DNA of 59,364 nucleotides, taken from the NCBI GenBank assembly GCA_029717555.1, contig JAMDHS010000064.1, positions 62,001 through 121,364 of the forward strand, given 5' to 3'. Numbering within the stretch: the first letter of the stretch is position 1; each line of letters opens with the position of its first letter. The notes under the pieces are model-generated. The model searched no databases and had not been told where the DNA came from. It saw only the letters and a list, made by a program, of their open reading frames with translations. The DNA comes from Peribolospora baueri. Taxonomy: Eukaryota. Made by a program: the position numbers and the translations under genes. This document shows positions 25,705 through 38,700 of this stretch, piece after piece.

Positions 25705-25830
25705 GGGGTCATGTTGGGAACGCGCGGGCTCCAGGTGTTCAGCGGTGATAACAGGGTGAATACGGAGATGAGGAGGAAGACAGAGGAGATAGGCGTGGGG
25801 GCCAACTTTCGTCAATAGGGACCATCGCGC
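25705..25830 (-). mobile_element. Ty3/Gypsy integrase C-terminal (GPY/F, SH3-like) remnant
   Basis: Translation LLTKVGPHAYLLCLPPHLRIHPVITAEHLEP fits the recalled consensus K(V/I)GxxAYxLxLPxxxRIHPVxxxxxLxP. No RT, RNase H or LTRs are visible nearby. Confidence 0.7.
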
Positions 25831-27180
25831 TGACGACCGATCTTGGTAGAAGGTTAAACGACAGCCGGAGGGAGAGATTTGGATATATATGCTTTGTCGC
25901 CGGGTTGGAGGGTAAAAGGAGAGCGAGATTAGTTGTAGATGTCTCGGAATGCGGAGGTCTGGTGCCACCAAGCGGTGTCGGCCTCGCCCTCGGCCGCGAC
26001 TTGGTCTTTGGGGCTCCTCCATCTCCGTCGTCGGCCTCGTCGACCGCCCTTAGCATTGGACCTTTGAGGCCCATACAAGAGCTAGATGTCCTCGGGTAGC
26101 GGTCGCTCCGTTCCAGAATCGCCTCGTAGGGCTTGCTCGACGGCTGATCACCGTTGCCGACATGTAGAAAACGTTCTTGGCCAAGGCCACAATTCGGTGG
26201 TCGCGCCGGTCGGCGAGGGTTTCGCCTGCTTCGACCCGAACGGCACGTCGGCATTTGTTAGCTGTCGTCAATATACTGAATGTAGACTCGCCATATGTAT
26301 AGAATATGATGTACAGAATATGGGGGTACGCAGCGTAGAGACAGACACACAGAGAGAGAGCCAGTCGGTACGGTCAGTCCAGCTCGAGGGCTTCGAACGA
26401 CGTCCATGCGCACCGCTCTGAAGGGCTGGGAATGCGAAAGCTGGTTCGCGACTTTGAAAGGGGGAGCCGCGAGCCGCTCGGACCGACCGTTCAGTTTTAC
26501 GTTGGGCGAGAAGGGCTAACGAGCGAGCGAGCGGGCGCCGGGGGGCGGCGCGTTCGACGACCGCGCCGTCTACTCCGAGTTCTATCGCCCGCGGACGCAG
26601 ACGGACACCACGCCCCTTCTTTGCCCCGTAGACTCGTCCCCCAATAGGGTTTCGTGTTGTCGTCCATTCGTCGACGATCGAGTTCAAGGCAGATCGCGCC
26701 ATTATGTTCCGCTCCCTTCTCACCATTTCACTTTCGGTTGCTCGGCGGAGATCGGTCCCCGTCGTTTGTGCGCGCATGTCGGGATCCCTCCCCTCTGGAA
26801 GCCTTGGGGTTACCGCTCCTACAGTCGAACAGCCCTGCCCAGCCGCCGCGGGGGTTTTGGGAAAGGCTGGAGGCGTCCAGCATCGTACATGCTATGCTGT
26901 CTGGAGGCATATTGGCAAATAGGATTATGCGAGGTCAGAGTGTTTTGTCGTCCGTCTCTCCCTCCCGCCCCCGCCTAGGCCTCCGTGCTGCGGCACCCGA
27001 TCACGTCCTGCCGCAGCCGGCCCAGCCTGCACGACCGATCATCACACGTCCGGAAGACGTTGCTCTCGACGATCCCCCGATCCGGTCGGGTCGGTCAGGT
27101 CAGCTGGAGACTAATAGATAGATGGCCGTCTGTCGACCACTCATTGACCACCACCACCACCAACAACACAACCACCACCC

Positions 27181-28581
27181 ATGGACAGCCAGGACCTGTC
27201 GCGCATCGTCTTCAGAGACCCAGAGGGCCTCCAGGTGAGTCGTCAACCCAAGCGAGCCGCCATCCATAGCCCAGCCAAGCTTAACCCACTTCAACACCCC
27301 CTCCTCCTACCCAGCGTCTCGGCGGCACCCTCACCGCGAACAACGCCCTGGACTACTTCATGGGCTCGCCCTTCTACGACCGTCAGAGCTCGAACCAGGT
27401 GCTGAGGATGCAGATGCAGTTCAGCGGCGGCATGCTCGAGAGGGACGAAGCGGAGGAGCTCTGCCAGTGCGTCCCCCTCATCCTCTCCGTTCGTCCGTCT
27501 GTCTCGTCTCTTCCGTCGCTCTGATCATCGGTCCCCTCCTTCGCCGGCCTCGTCCAGGCGTTTCACCGGTATCGAGTTTGCCCTCGTCCACGCCCGTCCG
27601 CCCACGCTCTTTGTCATCCAGAAGAGGGACAGGAAGAGCCCCACGCAAGGTGTGCCGACCAACGAACAGTCCGCCGTCGTCCCACATCCAAACCCCCGCT
27701 TTCGTTGACATATTGTCCCCGCTTCTCCTTCAGCAAATCCGCTACAGGCGTACTACATTCTGAACGGCAATATCTACCAGGCGCCCGACCTGTACTCTCT
27801 CTTGTCCAGCAGACTCGTCAGTCCCTCCCTCCCTCTCGCCACGCGTACGGTACGACGCTCACAACGTTTTTCTTCTTTCCATCCTAACTCTCCCCCGCCC
27901 CGGATGCAGCACACCACGGTCCACTCTCTCACCTCCTCCCTCAACGCTTTGCGCGACTCCAAGCCCGACTTCTCCCCGCGGACAGGCTACCGGTGGCGGT
28001 ACAAGCTCCCGGATGACGTCGCGCAGGCCACCGACAAGGACGACGAGCGGGCGAGTCCGCGTAAACGTCCCAAGCGAGCGTCTCAGACTCCGGGGCAAGG
28101 ACGAGGAGGCGATGACGTGGGCAATGTTGACGACGACGATGACAACGACGACGACAACGACGGGACAGCCGACGGCGACCGAAATCGATCGGCGGTCAGC
28201 TTGTTACCCCTCTTCAATGCCCTCCAGAGCGCTAACGCCGCCGCGCTCGCTCGAGCGGCCGCGGAGGCGAGACCTCCCTCGCCTTCCCTGCCGGGGACGA
28301 CCGAGCGCGATGGTCGACCGCCGCCGACGAGGACGACGACCAGTCGACCCGTCGCGACTCCCGCCTCCACGCCCGGTACGACTACGGGCGCGGGCGCGAC
28401 CGCGGCCAACGCGGAGCAGCCAAGCAAATCGGTCGCCGCGTCCGGCGTCAGCGTCGGCGCTGGTGTTGGTGTTGGGATGAAGAGGAAGAGGGGAAAGAGC
28501 AAGACGCCCAAAGCTTCCACGCCTGCTACGACCATCAGCGGCGGCGGCGGCGGCGGCGGCGGGTCGGGCGGATCTTCTTAA
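27181..28581 (+). CDS. MED6: Mediator subunit 6
   Basis: Spliced motifs NALDYFMGSPFYDRQSSNQVLRMQ, FTGIEFALVH, LFVIQKRDR, YYILNGNIYQAPDLYSLLSSRL and FSPRTGYRW, then a low-complexity tail with an NLS-like KRKRGK. Confidence 0.95.
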
Positions 28582-28805
28582 AAACGACACGACCGACCGT
28601 CCGTCCGTCCGTCCGAACGACGCCAATGGTTTTTCTGCGATGCGGTTAAATTTTTTGTTGTGCTGTATGAACGCATCTGTACTAGTATACAATGCATCCA
28701 CGCCTCGGTATACCCCCCCCACAAACGCCCACCCACAGGGGCGGCTCACCTGACCTGATTTGGCCTCATCTGGCTTGGCCTGGCCTGGCCGCACGCACGC
28801 ACGCT

Positions 28806-31800
28806 TCACCTCTCCCTCGGCAACGACTCTCCCATCCTCGCCGCCAACGTGCCAGCGGGACCCGGTCCACCTACCTGAGCCTGAGCTTTGAAGCTCTGGA
28901 GAAAGTTCTTGATGAGGCCGTAGTCGACGTCGTCCGGCACGTCCACGTCCGCATCCGCATCCGCATCCAGCTCGTCGTCCGGAACCGTCGCGAGCGCTTC
29001 TTTGAGCTCCGCATCCATGGCCGCCAGCTCGTCTTCGTCCATCGCGTCGATCGCTTCCTCCATCGTCCGTCGTCCACCTCCCGACCGCTGCTGCTCCTGC
29101 TGCTGCTCCTGCTGCTGCTCCTGCTGGCCCCGCTCAGCCTTCTTACGAGCCAAGTCGGCCTCCATCTGATCCATAATCGCGTCAAAAGAGGCGAACCGAT
29201 CCGAAGAGGCCCCACCGACGTCCGCGCTCGCGCTCGCGCTGGTGCTGGCGCTAACGTTGCTGCTGGCTTTGGCATTGGACGTCGACGAAACAGCAGAATT
29301 CGCGAATCGAACTTTCGGCGATCGTCCTCCCGCACTCGTCATGTCGTCACCTGCCGTCGGCAGTGGTCGCCCACCAGCAGCGGATGATAGCCTTCCTCCC
29401 GCCTCGTCCTTCCTCTCCTTGAGGATTTTCTCAAAGTCCGTGTCGCTGAGTCCCAGAGCTTGACGGGCGAACGCGATAAAGTCGTCCATCTCTTCGCCCA
29501 TGGTTACCAGAAAGCCGTCCCCCTCCTCTTCCTCCTCCTCTTCCGTCCTTCCCTTGGGCGACATGTCTGCGACCTTGCCTGAAGCCTGATCTGTGCGACC
29601 GCCTTCTGCTTCCTCGAGATCCGAGTCCAATTCGTCGTCCGAAGCCCCATCGAAATGCTGCGGCTCCAGACGCATCCTCCGCACAGCTCCGGCTTCTGCC
29701 TCCGAAGCGAGAGTCGGCGGCGGCCGCTCTTCGGCCTCAGCGGCCACCTGCATCGTCGAATCTTCCTTCTGACCTTCCGTAGTCGGACGCACGTTTTTCC
29801 TCTCCGACGCCTCAAGTGGACTGCTTTTCAGCCCCCATTCGTCTGGTCCTAGCGGTGGCACGAGGCGATCCATGGCGGCTTGGCGATCTTGTGCGGGAAT
29901 CAACTCGTCTCCTTCATCGTCAGACTCGATGTCCTCCTCGTCGGAGAACATCTCACTGTGGCGAGACGACGGAAAGCACGTCCACCCGTCAACAAGGTCT
30001 TTCCGTCGAGCGGGGTCACACAAGTTGTCACTCACTCTTCGAATAAGGCACCGCTCTCGGTGCCTTGCCCTTCAATGAATCGCTCCATCTTCTTCGCGAA
30101 CCGATCCAAAGTCTCTGCCGCCCGGTTGGCCTCCATCTCTTCGCGCTGCTCCGACGTCATCTCCGCCCTTTCCTCCCCAGACGCTTGCTGCTCCTGCGAA
30201 CCGTACCGCTGGGCCAACATGGAGTCTAGTTCCTCGGGCGTGACATTGAGAAAGTCGTCCGAGTCCTCGTCGCCTGCATCCGCGACGGGCGAAGCTGCCA
30301 AAGAGGCGGCAGGGACGGCAGTCGAAGCGAGCAGCCGATCCACGTTCTCCGCAAAGTGCACATTTCGATGGCTGAAAGAGACCAAGAACGGACAAGAACA
30401 TTAGCGACAGTGGGAACGGTCGAAAACGTGTGCGAACTACTCACTCCTTCTCCGCCTTTCCTTCCGCCCCTAGTCGAACTTCCTTCCACTTCTGCGCCGC
30501 CTGCGCCTCAAGCTCTCTCCATCGCTGGCTCCCAGAGAGCTCTTTCCCGAAGAAACCGAGTCGCTGCAGGTCCTCGAGGTACCTGGTGTAGGCGGGGTCA
30601 GAGGCAACGTCGCTTCCGGCCTCGGCCCCTTCGAAGAGGCCTGGCGCCCGTTGTTTGGCCTTGCTGTCCGCATACAGGATCTCAAATCCGCAAGCCTGTC
30701 AACGTGATGAAGGTGCAACAAAATTCAAAAAATCAGTTTCATGACGCAGGTCCTGCTGCCGGAGAAGAAACACGCACGATCTTGCACCCCAAATCCCACC
30801 AGACGCCTTCGCGACCCTCCTTCTCAACGTTCCAAAACGGGCCAAAGACTTTGGGCGGATAGAAACGCTGTCCCCTCAACTGAGCATACTGCGTCTGGGT
30901 CATCTTGACGGTCGTCAAAACGACGGCGGGCTCGCTGTCTGAAGCCCCTTCAGACGATAGTCCTTGGCGAACAGGAGGAAACCGAGACATCTTTTGCACC
31001 GCCTACTCGAAAAAAATTCAACATCCACGGTCAGCAAGGTCCCATAGGAAGCGGTAAACGTGAAAATACACTCACCCGCAGCTGGAGGGCATCACGACCG
31101 TAGAAAGCCTCTGTCGCAGCGGAAATTAGGAACGGGTCCATGTGGAGTAATCGAGCAATATCGACCGGAAGGTAGGCTTTTGCTCGATGCAAATGTTCCC
31201 TAGCAGCGTCAGGATACCTAGGATCGACGACCAAAGATGCAATAAATAAGAGTGTAACGCGACGCCCCAGCTAACCGGGGAATGCTCGCATACCTTTCGA
31301 TCCTAGCAAACGCTACACGCTCGACTTGCTCCGGGGCGAGGGTGTCCGCTGTCTCTTCACGAACGTACCGAACGGCCTCATCTCGATGAAGAGAAACGCC
31401 ACCTTCCTCGTCGGCAACCTCCAGCTCACCGCTCTCATTCTGGCGCAGAGGCGTAGGGGCATCCGTAGCCCGCTCCGACCTGCAGTCCAAAGGGATGAGG
31501 TGAAGCCGACCTTGACGAATCCACACCTACGCGGCCCAGATCCAAATAAAACCAGCGCAGGCTCAGCCTCCACTTTCACCGTCTCGTTCCGGAACACAGG
31601 TGGAGACGTGAGCTGCTCACTCGGTTATCGACATTCTCTGGCGTTACCCATTTCGGCAAGACGTCCGCCGCCTCGATGAGAAGGAATTGACCGTCGGAAT
31701 CCTGGGCGCTGAAGACGTGTGAATGGAAACGATGGTCAGCGCGAGCTGCGCGACATATGGATACAGCGTAAGCGCTAGGACACGCGCTCACCTGATGGCG

Positions 31801-32138
31801 ACGTCCCACAGCTTGCTTACCTCCCTCAGCAGCCACACGGCGAACCACTCGTCGTCGATGCAGTCGCCAACGTTCATGCGCCCGCTCAAAAAGATGTCCG
31901 TCTCGCCTGCAGAGGTGAGCGCGTTATCGACTTGAACGTTGAAGGCGTCTTTCTGCCATATGTAACCTCCCACGGCGTCGCTGTTGCAGACTTCTTCCAC
32001 GAACGTCGCTATGAGCGCTGCGAGCGCCCCTGCCTGGGCTATGCGCTCCGCGGGAGCCGTTCCCGGCGCAAAGGAGGGATGGAGAGTGTAGGTAAGCGCG
32101 TCATCGACCGCGTCTGCCCTGTCTAGAGCTGCCTCCAT
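28806..32138 (-). CDS. ECD: Ecdysoneless/SGT1 (hSGT1) family protein
   Basis: Motifs YIWQKDAF, GDCIDDEWFAVWLLREVS, DSDGQFLLIEAADVLPKW..PENVDNRVWIRQGRLHLIP, AFYGRD, YAQLRGQRF, FIEGQGTESGALFE and NFLQSFKAQ..GPAGTL. Confidence 0.93.
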
Positions 32139-32395
32139 GGTGGCGATATCGTCGCGAACTAGACGAGATGGCGGTGGCGACCTGCAAAGGGTGGCCGTGC
32201 GCGAACGTTGGAATGGTGAATGCTTCTCGATCAGCTTCGGCTGATCGGCTGCGGCAAGCACAGCGCGAAGGGCGTGGGCTGGGGGCGATGGCATACAACC
32301 ACCTCCCCCTCTTACCCTCCCGCAACCTCTCTTCCCTCTCTGCTTCTCTCCTCACATTCTCGCCTACGTCCTCGCCACTTGGACTGCTCTGCATC

Positions 32396-33722
32396 ATGTC
32401 AGACATCATCGACTCTCTACTAGACTTGTGCCGTCGACTCCCGCCCAAGAACATCTCCCAGAACCTCGATACGCTCCTCACAGTCTGCCCCGACGAGGCC
32501 GATGAGCTGCTCAGCAGCGTAGACCAGCCCCTCAAAGTCTTGAACGACAAAAAGTCCGGGAGGGAGTATCTGGCGTGTGACTACAACAGGGATGGCGATT
32601 CTTACCGGTATGTGATCTGATGGGATGCGCTTCTCCTTCTTCGATGGGCGAGACGTTGGGCGCTGCGCTCGAAGAAGCGTGCATGCTGATGCATCCCTCT
32701 TCCCGTCTTGCAGGTCACCATGGTCGAACGAATACGATCCCCCTCTGACGGACGGCACTGTTCCTTCTGCACGGCTTCGCAAGCTTGAGATCGCCGCGAA
32801 CGATGCTTTCGCCACTTACCGAGACATGTGTGTGACGACACCCGCCCAATCGAACTCCGCCCCTGGCTCACACTGAGGGTGGACTGTCCTTCCTTCTCGT
32901 GCTTTGTCCTCCGACAGGTATTTCGACGGGGGCATATCTTCCGTGTATCTCTGGGATCTGGACGACGGCTTTGCGGGTGTGGTCCTGTTGCAAAAAGGTC
33001 AGTGATCAAATGACGGACGTCGGAAGCCAGGCTCTCCTCCCTGTGGCGCCGCCTGATTGACCGCTGCCATCAAACTACCCGATGTCCTCCATGACCCAGT
33101 CCTCCCGCCGGCGGGCTCGAATGGCGCGACGGGATCGTGGGACTCGCTGCACGTCTTCGAAGCTGCCGAGCGCGGGCGGTCGGCGCACTACAAGCTCACT
33201 TCGACGGTTATGCTCAACCTGGTCCGGGAAGAGGAGTCCAAACTGGGCAACATGGATTTGAGCGGGAGCATGACCCGGCAGGTGAGCAAGTGACAGCGAT
33301 GGCGCAGTGGCCAGATTTGGAACCCTGACCGACTGTTTGGCCAACCGGCTCTCTCGGATGTCGTCTCGTGTTTCCTCATTTGAACAGGCAGAGCAAGATG
33401 CGCCGTTGCCGGAAACGTCGGCCCACGTTTCCAACGTGGGCAAGATGGTCGAAGACATGGAGCTTAAGATGCGAAATCTCCTTCAGGTGAGCCAGCTGGA
33501 GCTGTCCAGGACCTCACAGTTGATTCGCCTCCGCCCGCCCTAATTAGGGCTGCTGTACACCCGAAACCTGACGCGACCGTGCTATCGTGCCGTTCTCAGG
33601 AGGTGTACTTCGGCAAGACGCGGGACGTGGTGAACGACCTCCGCTCGGTCGAGAGCCTCGAGAAGAACCGGATCCAGCGCGACCTTCAGCGCGAGCTCCT
33701 GGGCCAGCTCGGTCGGCGATGA
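32396..33722 (+). CDS. CAP2: F-actin capping protein beta subunit
   Basis: Motifs [78 protein letters not shown] and [22 protein letters not shown]. Confidence 0.97.
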
Positions 33723-35760
33723 AGGATAGCATGAAGGGAGAGCGGCAGTTTGGTCGAGGGGAGTTATACCGCGGGGTTTTGGAGAGAAAATGTGCTGCTC
33801 TCCGTTCGGCGCCTGTTCGGTCGGATGGAGGGCGTGCAGAGAGCGAATGGTTCGTCTTCGAAGCGTTCCATAGCGCGTGCGTATGTTCCATGCTTATATG
33901 GCGATCGCACCGGGACTTCAAGGCGTCGATACCACGGAAGCGCGTTCGACTCTTCCAGACGCTTTCCAACGTACCGTCCTGTCGAGTACATGTGAATAGG
34001 TTCGACAGGCATGCAGGGTCTACTTCTGAAAAGGAAACATGGCCGGATCGGAGAGGACTCGAGCGACGTTGAGATGGTCGACAAATGTGTCACCTGCACG
34101 AAGCAGCGCTCCAAGCTCGTGTCTGGCCCACCTTGACGGGTGGGGTGCAAGCTTGAAACGCCGAATACCAAAGTCGCCACCGTTTTGAGCGGCACCGACG
34201 AAGGAAAAAAAAGGACAGGCAATGACTGGGGCCGCTAGAAGTGGCGGAGCGAGAAGAGACACGCGCGCGCGCGTCCTCAACCCGCTCGCACCGCCCAACG
34301 GGACGGCGCAACCCGGCCGGAAAAACCGAGCTCGCTTGGAAGAGATGCGGCCCCTCGCTCTGGCTCCTCTTATACGCCGTCAGCGGCAATGGCACTTCTG
34401 CCGCCGGGCACCTTGAGAGGAGCGGTTGGGTTTCCGCTAACCGCCATCCGGTACGGACTACCGCACCGTCGTTTTTCTGGGAGACGCAAAACGGGGCGGC
34501 GGGCGACGCGGGAGACATGACGATCCACTTTGACACATGTCCCTGACAGCCGGTTAGCACACGGAGCTGTGATGTGACGGGACGCATCGACTGGAATGCC
34601 GAGTCGTCTAGAAACGCTGACAAGCGAAGAAGGCGAGACGGGCGGTCGTCGGTCGGTTCTTCCGCCCGACCGCAGCCGACTGAGCCTTACTTACCGCAGC
34701 ATACCTTCCTCTCTTGAGCCTCGGTCACCTTCCTCATTCTTTTCCTTCCACAAACAACCCCTCCAACCAGCGCGGTGCGAGACGCCGATGCAACTGCCTG
34801 CGATCCCGCCCGTGTCACGCGCGGTGCGGCGGCCTATCCCGGCGGTATCCGGTTTTCTGAGGGGAGAGGGAAGGCAAAGTAAAGTTACCGTCGAGACCCG
34901 ATTAAGCCGGAGCGCCCGTCCCCTTTTCGTTCTCTCTCTTCGGAGGACGGGACGTCGTCCGGCTTGTCGTCGGATGGCGTCGTGGCGGGGGCTTGACTTT
35001 GTGGCTCGTACATGTGTTCCACGTTCATTTTGTTTTCTCGTCCCGTTTTTCCTCTGTTCTCGACGACCGATCTGTTTTCATTCTGGCCAAAGGCAGCCGT
35101 CCTGTACGTCTGATATCGTCCGACGCGGATCTTCTTCAACATCTGCATTTTGGCAGTTTTCGGCCTGGCCTGCGACTTGGTTGGTTGGTCCCGAGCGGAG
35201 AGAGCTCGTAAGCATGCGAGGCGCGCCGCAGACTCTCGTGACGATGCGACTCGAGCTCGAACGCCGGTCGTAGCCACCTCAGGAGTCCGTTCACCTCGAG
35301 AGGAGTCGTGCGAGCGTCGCTCTAAGCGAAGGGAGGGTCCGTTACGATGAAGAAAGTGTCCTCACAAACGATCGACACGCCGGCGAGAGCTTGGGGACGA
35401 AACACGGTCCGAGGCGGTGCGAAGAAGTAACGAGGAGGGCGCGGAGGGCGGTGGGAAAGGTATACCCTGAGCGAACGGAAAGGGGGGTGGGGGAAGAGAC
35501 AGACGGAAGACAGAAGACGGAAGACGAAGACGAGGATGCGGCTGCGAAGGCGGAGCGGAGAACGACGAGACCCAGTGAGGAGAGGAGACACTAACTAGCA
35601 AGTGTATGGCCATACACGACTGATCAGTTCGCGGACAAAAAACGAGCACGGTATGAAGAACGGATGAGCCGAGAGAGGGGTAGCAACTGAGATCAAAACT
35701 GCCATCGAAAAGCCGTCGAGGGGAAACTCGAGCATGATGAATCGAGGCGAGGAAGGGAGA

Positions 35761-38700
35761 CTAAACGCTTCCAAACTCGTAGAAGGCGAGACGCTCGTGC
35801 GGGTCGCGGACGACGGTAGCGTCCAACGCGGCCGGCAGTTGCCAGTACTTGCGATGGGCAAGAACGACGACGAAGGAGGAAGGGAGACGCGGGTGAGCGG
35901 CGCTTGTGACGAGCGGCAGCCAAGACAAACGTGTCGCGCCGCTTTGCTTCTCACCTGTCGCATGTCTCTCTGTTCCTCCAACGCGATCTGCGCCTTGTCT
36001 CTCACGAGCCAGACCAGAGGCGGTGGCGCGAGCAGCTCCGGAGGATACATCGTCCGCTCAGCCGCCTCCCACTCCGTCTCGGCGTCGTGGGAGAAGTCGA
36101 GATGCTGGAGAAGCGGGGGCGCGCCGTACTGCGCGAAGATTGCCCGTGCCGTCGAAGCCATGTCATCGAAGGCCTCGGCTGTGCGAAGGGCAGGAACGAA
36201 AGAAGGGAAGAGATGCCAGCCAGCCAGGGAACGGGCCGGTCAGCGCCACCACGGACGAAAGGTGAAGACGTCGAGGGGGAGAGTGAGGGGCTCACATTCC
36301 AAGGGCAAAGCTCTGCGTGCGCGAAAGTTCTCGTCGCCACCGAAAACGGCGTTGACGATGTCGAGGAGAGAGTTGACGCTCCGCCTCGTGTCGGCGGCGA
36401 CCTGAAGCGGCGTCGCCGTCCTGGACGCGGAGAGCAGGGCTTGCGCGTCCATCGGCAGAGGCTCGCGGCCCTTTGCGAGGCTCTCAAAGTTCTGCAGAGC
36501 CAGCGCCGTGGATGGGTTTAAGAGCAGATGTCCGTGCGAGCGGGAGTGCCAGAAGCCGTGCGCAGCGACGAGGAGGAAAAGAAAGGCGGAGACGGCAAAG
36601 CAGGCGGTGGCGAGGTGCATCTCGCCCCGGCTCGCGAGCACGCCGCCGAGAAGGAGCGGCTGCGGGATGAGGAGAAGGCCAAACCAACGGAGCACAAAGA
36701 CGACGTAGGCACCGCCAGTCTCGGCGAAGGAGATGGCGACGCAGCCGACGAGGTACCGGAACACGGCGACTAGGGCAGCCACCAAGGTCAAAGCAGGTAT
36801 GGTGACGAGCGGAAAGAGCATCGAGTAGGCGGCGGCGTAGGGCAGAACGAGCATGCAGCACGCGAGACCGACGGTGGCGGAGAGCGCTGGCGGGAACAGA
36901 GCTGTCAAGGGGACATGCGTCCGCCCAGAAATGTCTTCAGCTTCATTTTATGACCAACGAACCAATCCTCCCCATCCCCGACCCGCGGCAGGAATTGTTT
37001 CCTGCAAACGGCTGGCTCACCTCGGAAGCGTTGTCGCGGAGTGATGGAGCGCTTCAGCCCGCGTACCGCCCAGGCCTTTCGGACAGGCTGCAGAGCGAGC
37101 AAAGCGGGCGCGACGAGGGCGACGAGTATGCCGATGGACAGGAAGAAACCGGCGACGTTAATGGAGCCGTTGGCAACCTGACGGCCTACGGACGACGAGA
37201 GTTGCCACGCCTCGGCGGCGTACGCGATCGAGGCGGCGAGGGTGAACCAGGCGAATGCGATCCCGGTCTGATCGAAGGTGACGAGGTCAGCGAGCGCGAC
37301 ACGTGGACGAAGGAGAAGGGGGGGTTAAGCATTTCAAGCTCACAGAGAGCACAAATACGGCCTGGAAGGCAACGAGACGGCTCTCGGTGTGAGAGACCGG
37401 GCTCGCAAACCTGGCCATGGCTGCAGAGAGACAAATGGGAGGACGAGTGAGGACGGGCGGGCCCGCGAACGCTAGACTCGGAGGAGGACTCACCTCGAAG
37501 GGCGAGGACGGCGGCAAAAAAGAGAAAAATGACAAGAATGGCGGGGCAGGTGAGATGAGCGAGACCGTTGGGGACGGCGCTGGTGCGAAGGACGGGCTTG
37601 AACAGGCCAAAGACGGCCGTCTCGCCTGGCGCTTCCGCGTCGGTCAGCGTGGCGATCGGAACGACTGCAGGAGGGAGGAGGAAGAAGGAGGGGAGATGAG
37701 GACCGAGTTAGGTACCAGGCCTCCCGCCCTAGGTCACAGGAGCGATGGCGCGGCAAACGCTCACATGCCCCGGCGAGCACCGATCCCGTAACCATGGTGA
37801 CGATCCAGAAGGCGCCCTTGCCGACGTGACCGTCGTCGGCAAGATTTCCCCACTTGACGTCTCGCTTGGTGTTTCCCGGAATCATCCTCACGCCGGGGAT
37901 GTGGTGGACGCCGCGACCGACGAGCATGAACCCCTTCACACCGGTCCCCTCGGCCATGGCCGCGTACATCTGAGTCTGCATCCGCTCCACCTCCTCGTTG
38001 AGCGCCCTGAGCTCACTCCTGCCCCTGCGAATGTCGCGGTACAGGGCAGCGAGCACGTCCGAAGTAACGCCAGGGGCGGGTCGGAGGAAGGGCTGGTACC
38101 CTTGGGCGCGCGCGTGGAACGGCGGAGGGTACTGGTACTGTCCCGTGCTGGCCGTGCCCGCCGACTTCTCCGTCGCGTGTGCACCAGCACCGGTGGCGGC
38201 GCCCCTCCTACCGGCCCGCGTCGTCGTCGTCGTCGTCGCCCTGTGCGGGAAGGACGCGTCGCCGCTAGAGTCGTGACTCCGACTCCGACTCCTGGAGAAG
38301 AGAGAGGCGATGGAAGACCAAGCGCCGGCGGTCGTGTCGAACTGAGTGGGAGGCGAGTCTCGCGGCCGGGGATCAGCGAGCAGTCCGTCTGGACTTGAGA
38401 CGCGTTGCATGGGACGAGGGTACTCGGCCTCAGGGCTCGTCACCATCCGGCTGTCGCTCGTGAGCCATGGCAGATCAGCGCCGCCGCCGCCGCCACCGAG
38501 GACGCCGCCTTCTTCGGCGCTCAGTGGCTCATCCTCGACGTCGATGTGCGTCGTCGGCGGCGGGCTCAATACAGCCGACGACCTCCTCGGCGCGGTCGTC
38601 TCGCGACTGGCGCGCGCTGGCTCGTCCTCCGCTCTCGTCGTCCGACGGCTGTGATGGCTGTTGGACATGTCGAGAAAGTTGGCCTGGTCGTGTGCTCGGA

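Noticed and set aside
26268..26777. 169-aa minus-strand ORF upstream of MED6
   Set aside because: No recognisable motif or supporting splice structure; cannot be linked in frame to the orphan locus.
34687..34700. TACTTACC resembling the U1 snRNA 5' end
   Set aside because: The match stops after 8 nt, with no U1 stem-loops or Sm site visible; it is equally a minus-strand GTAAGT.
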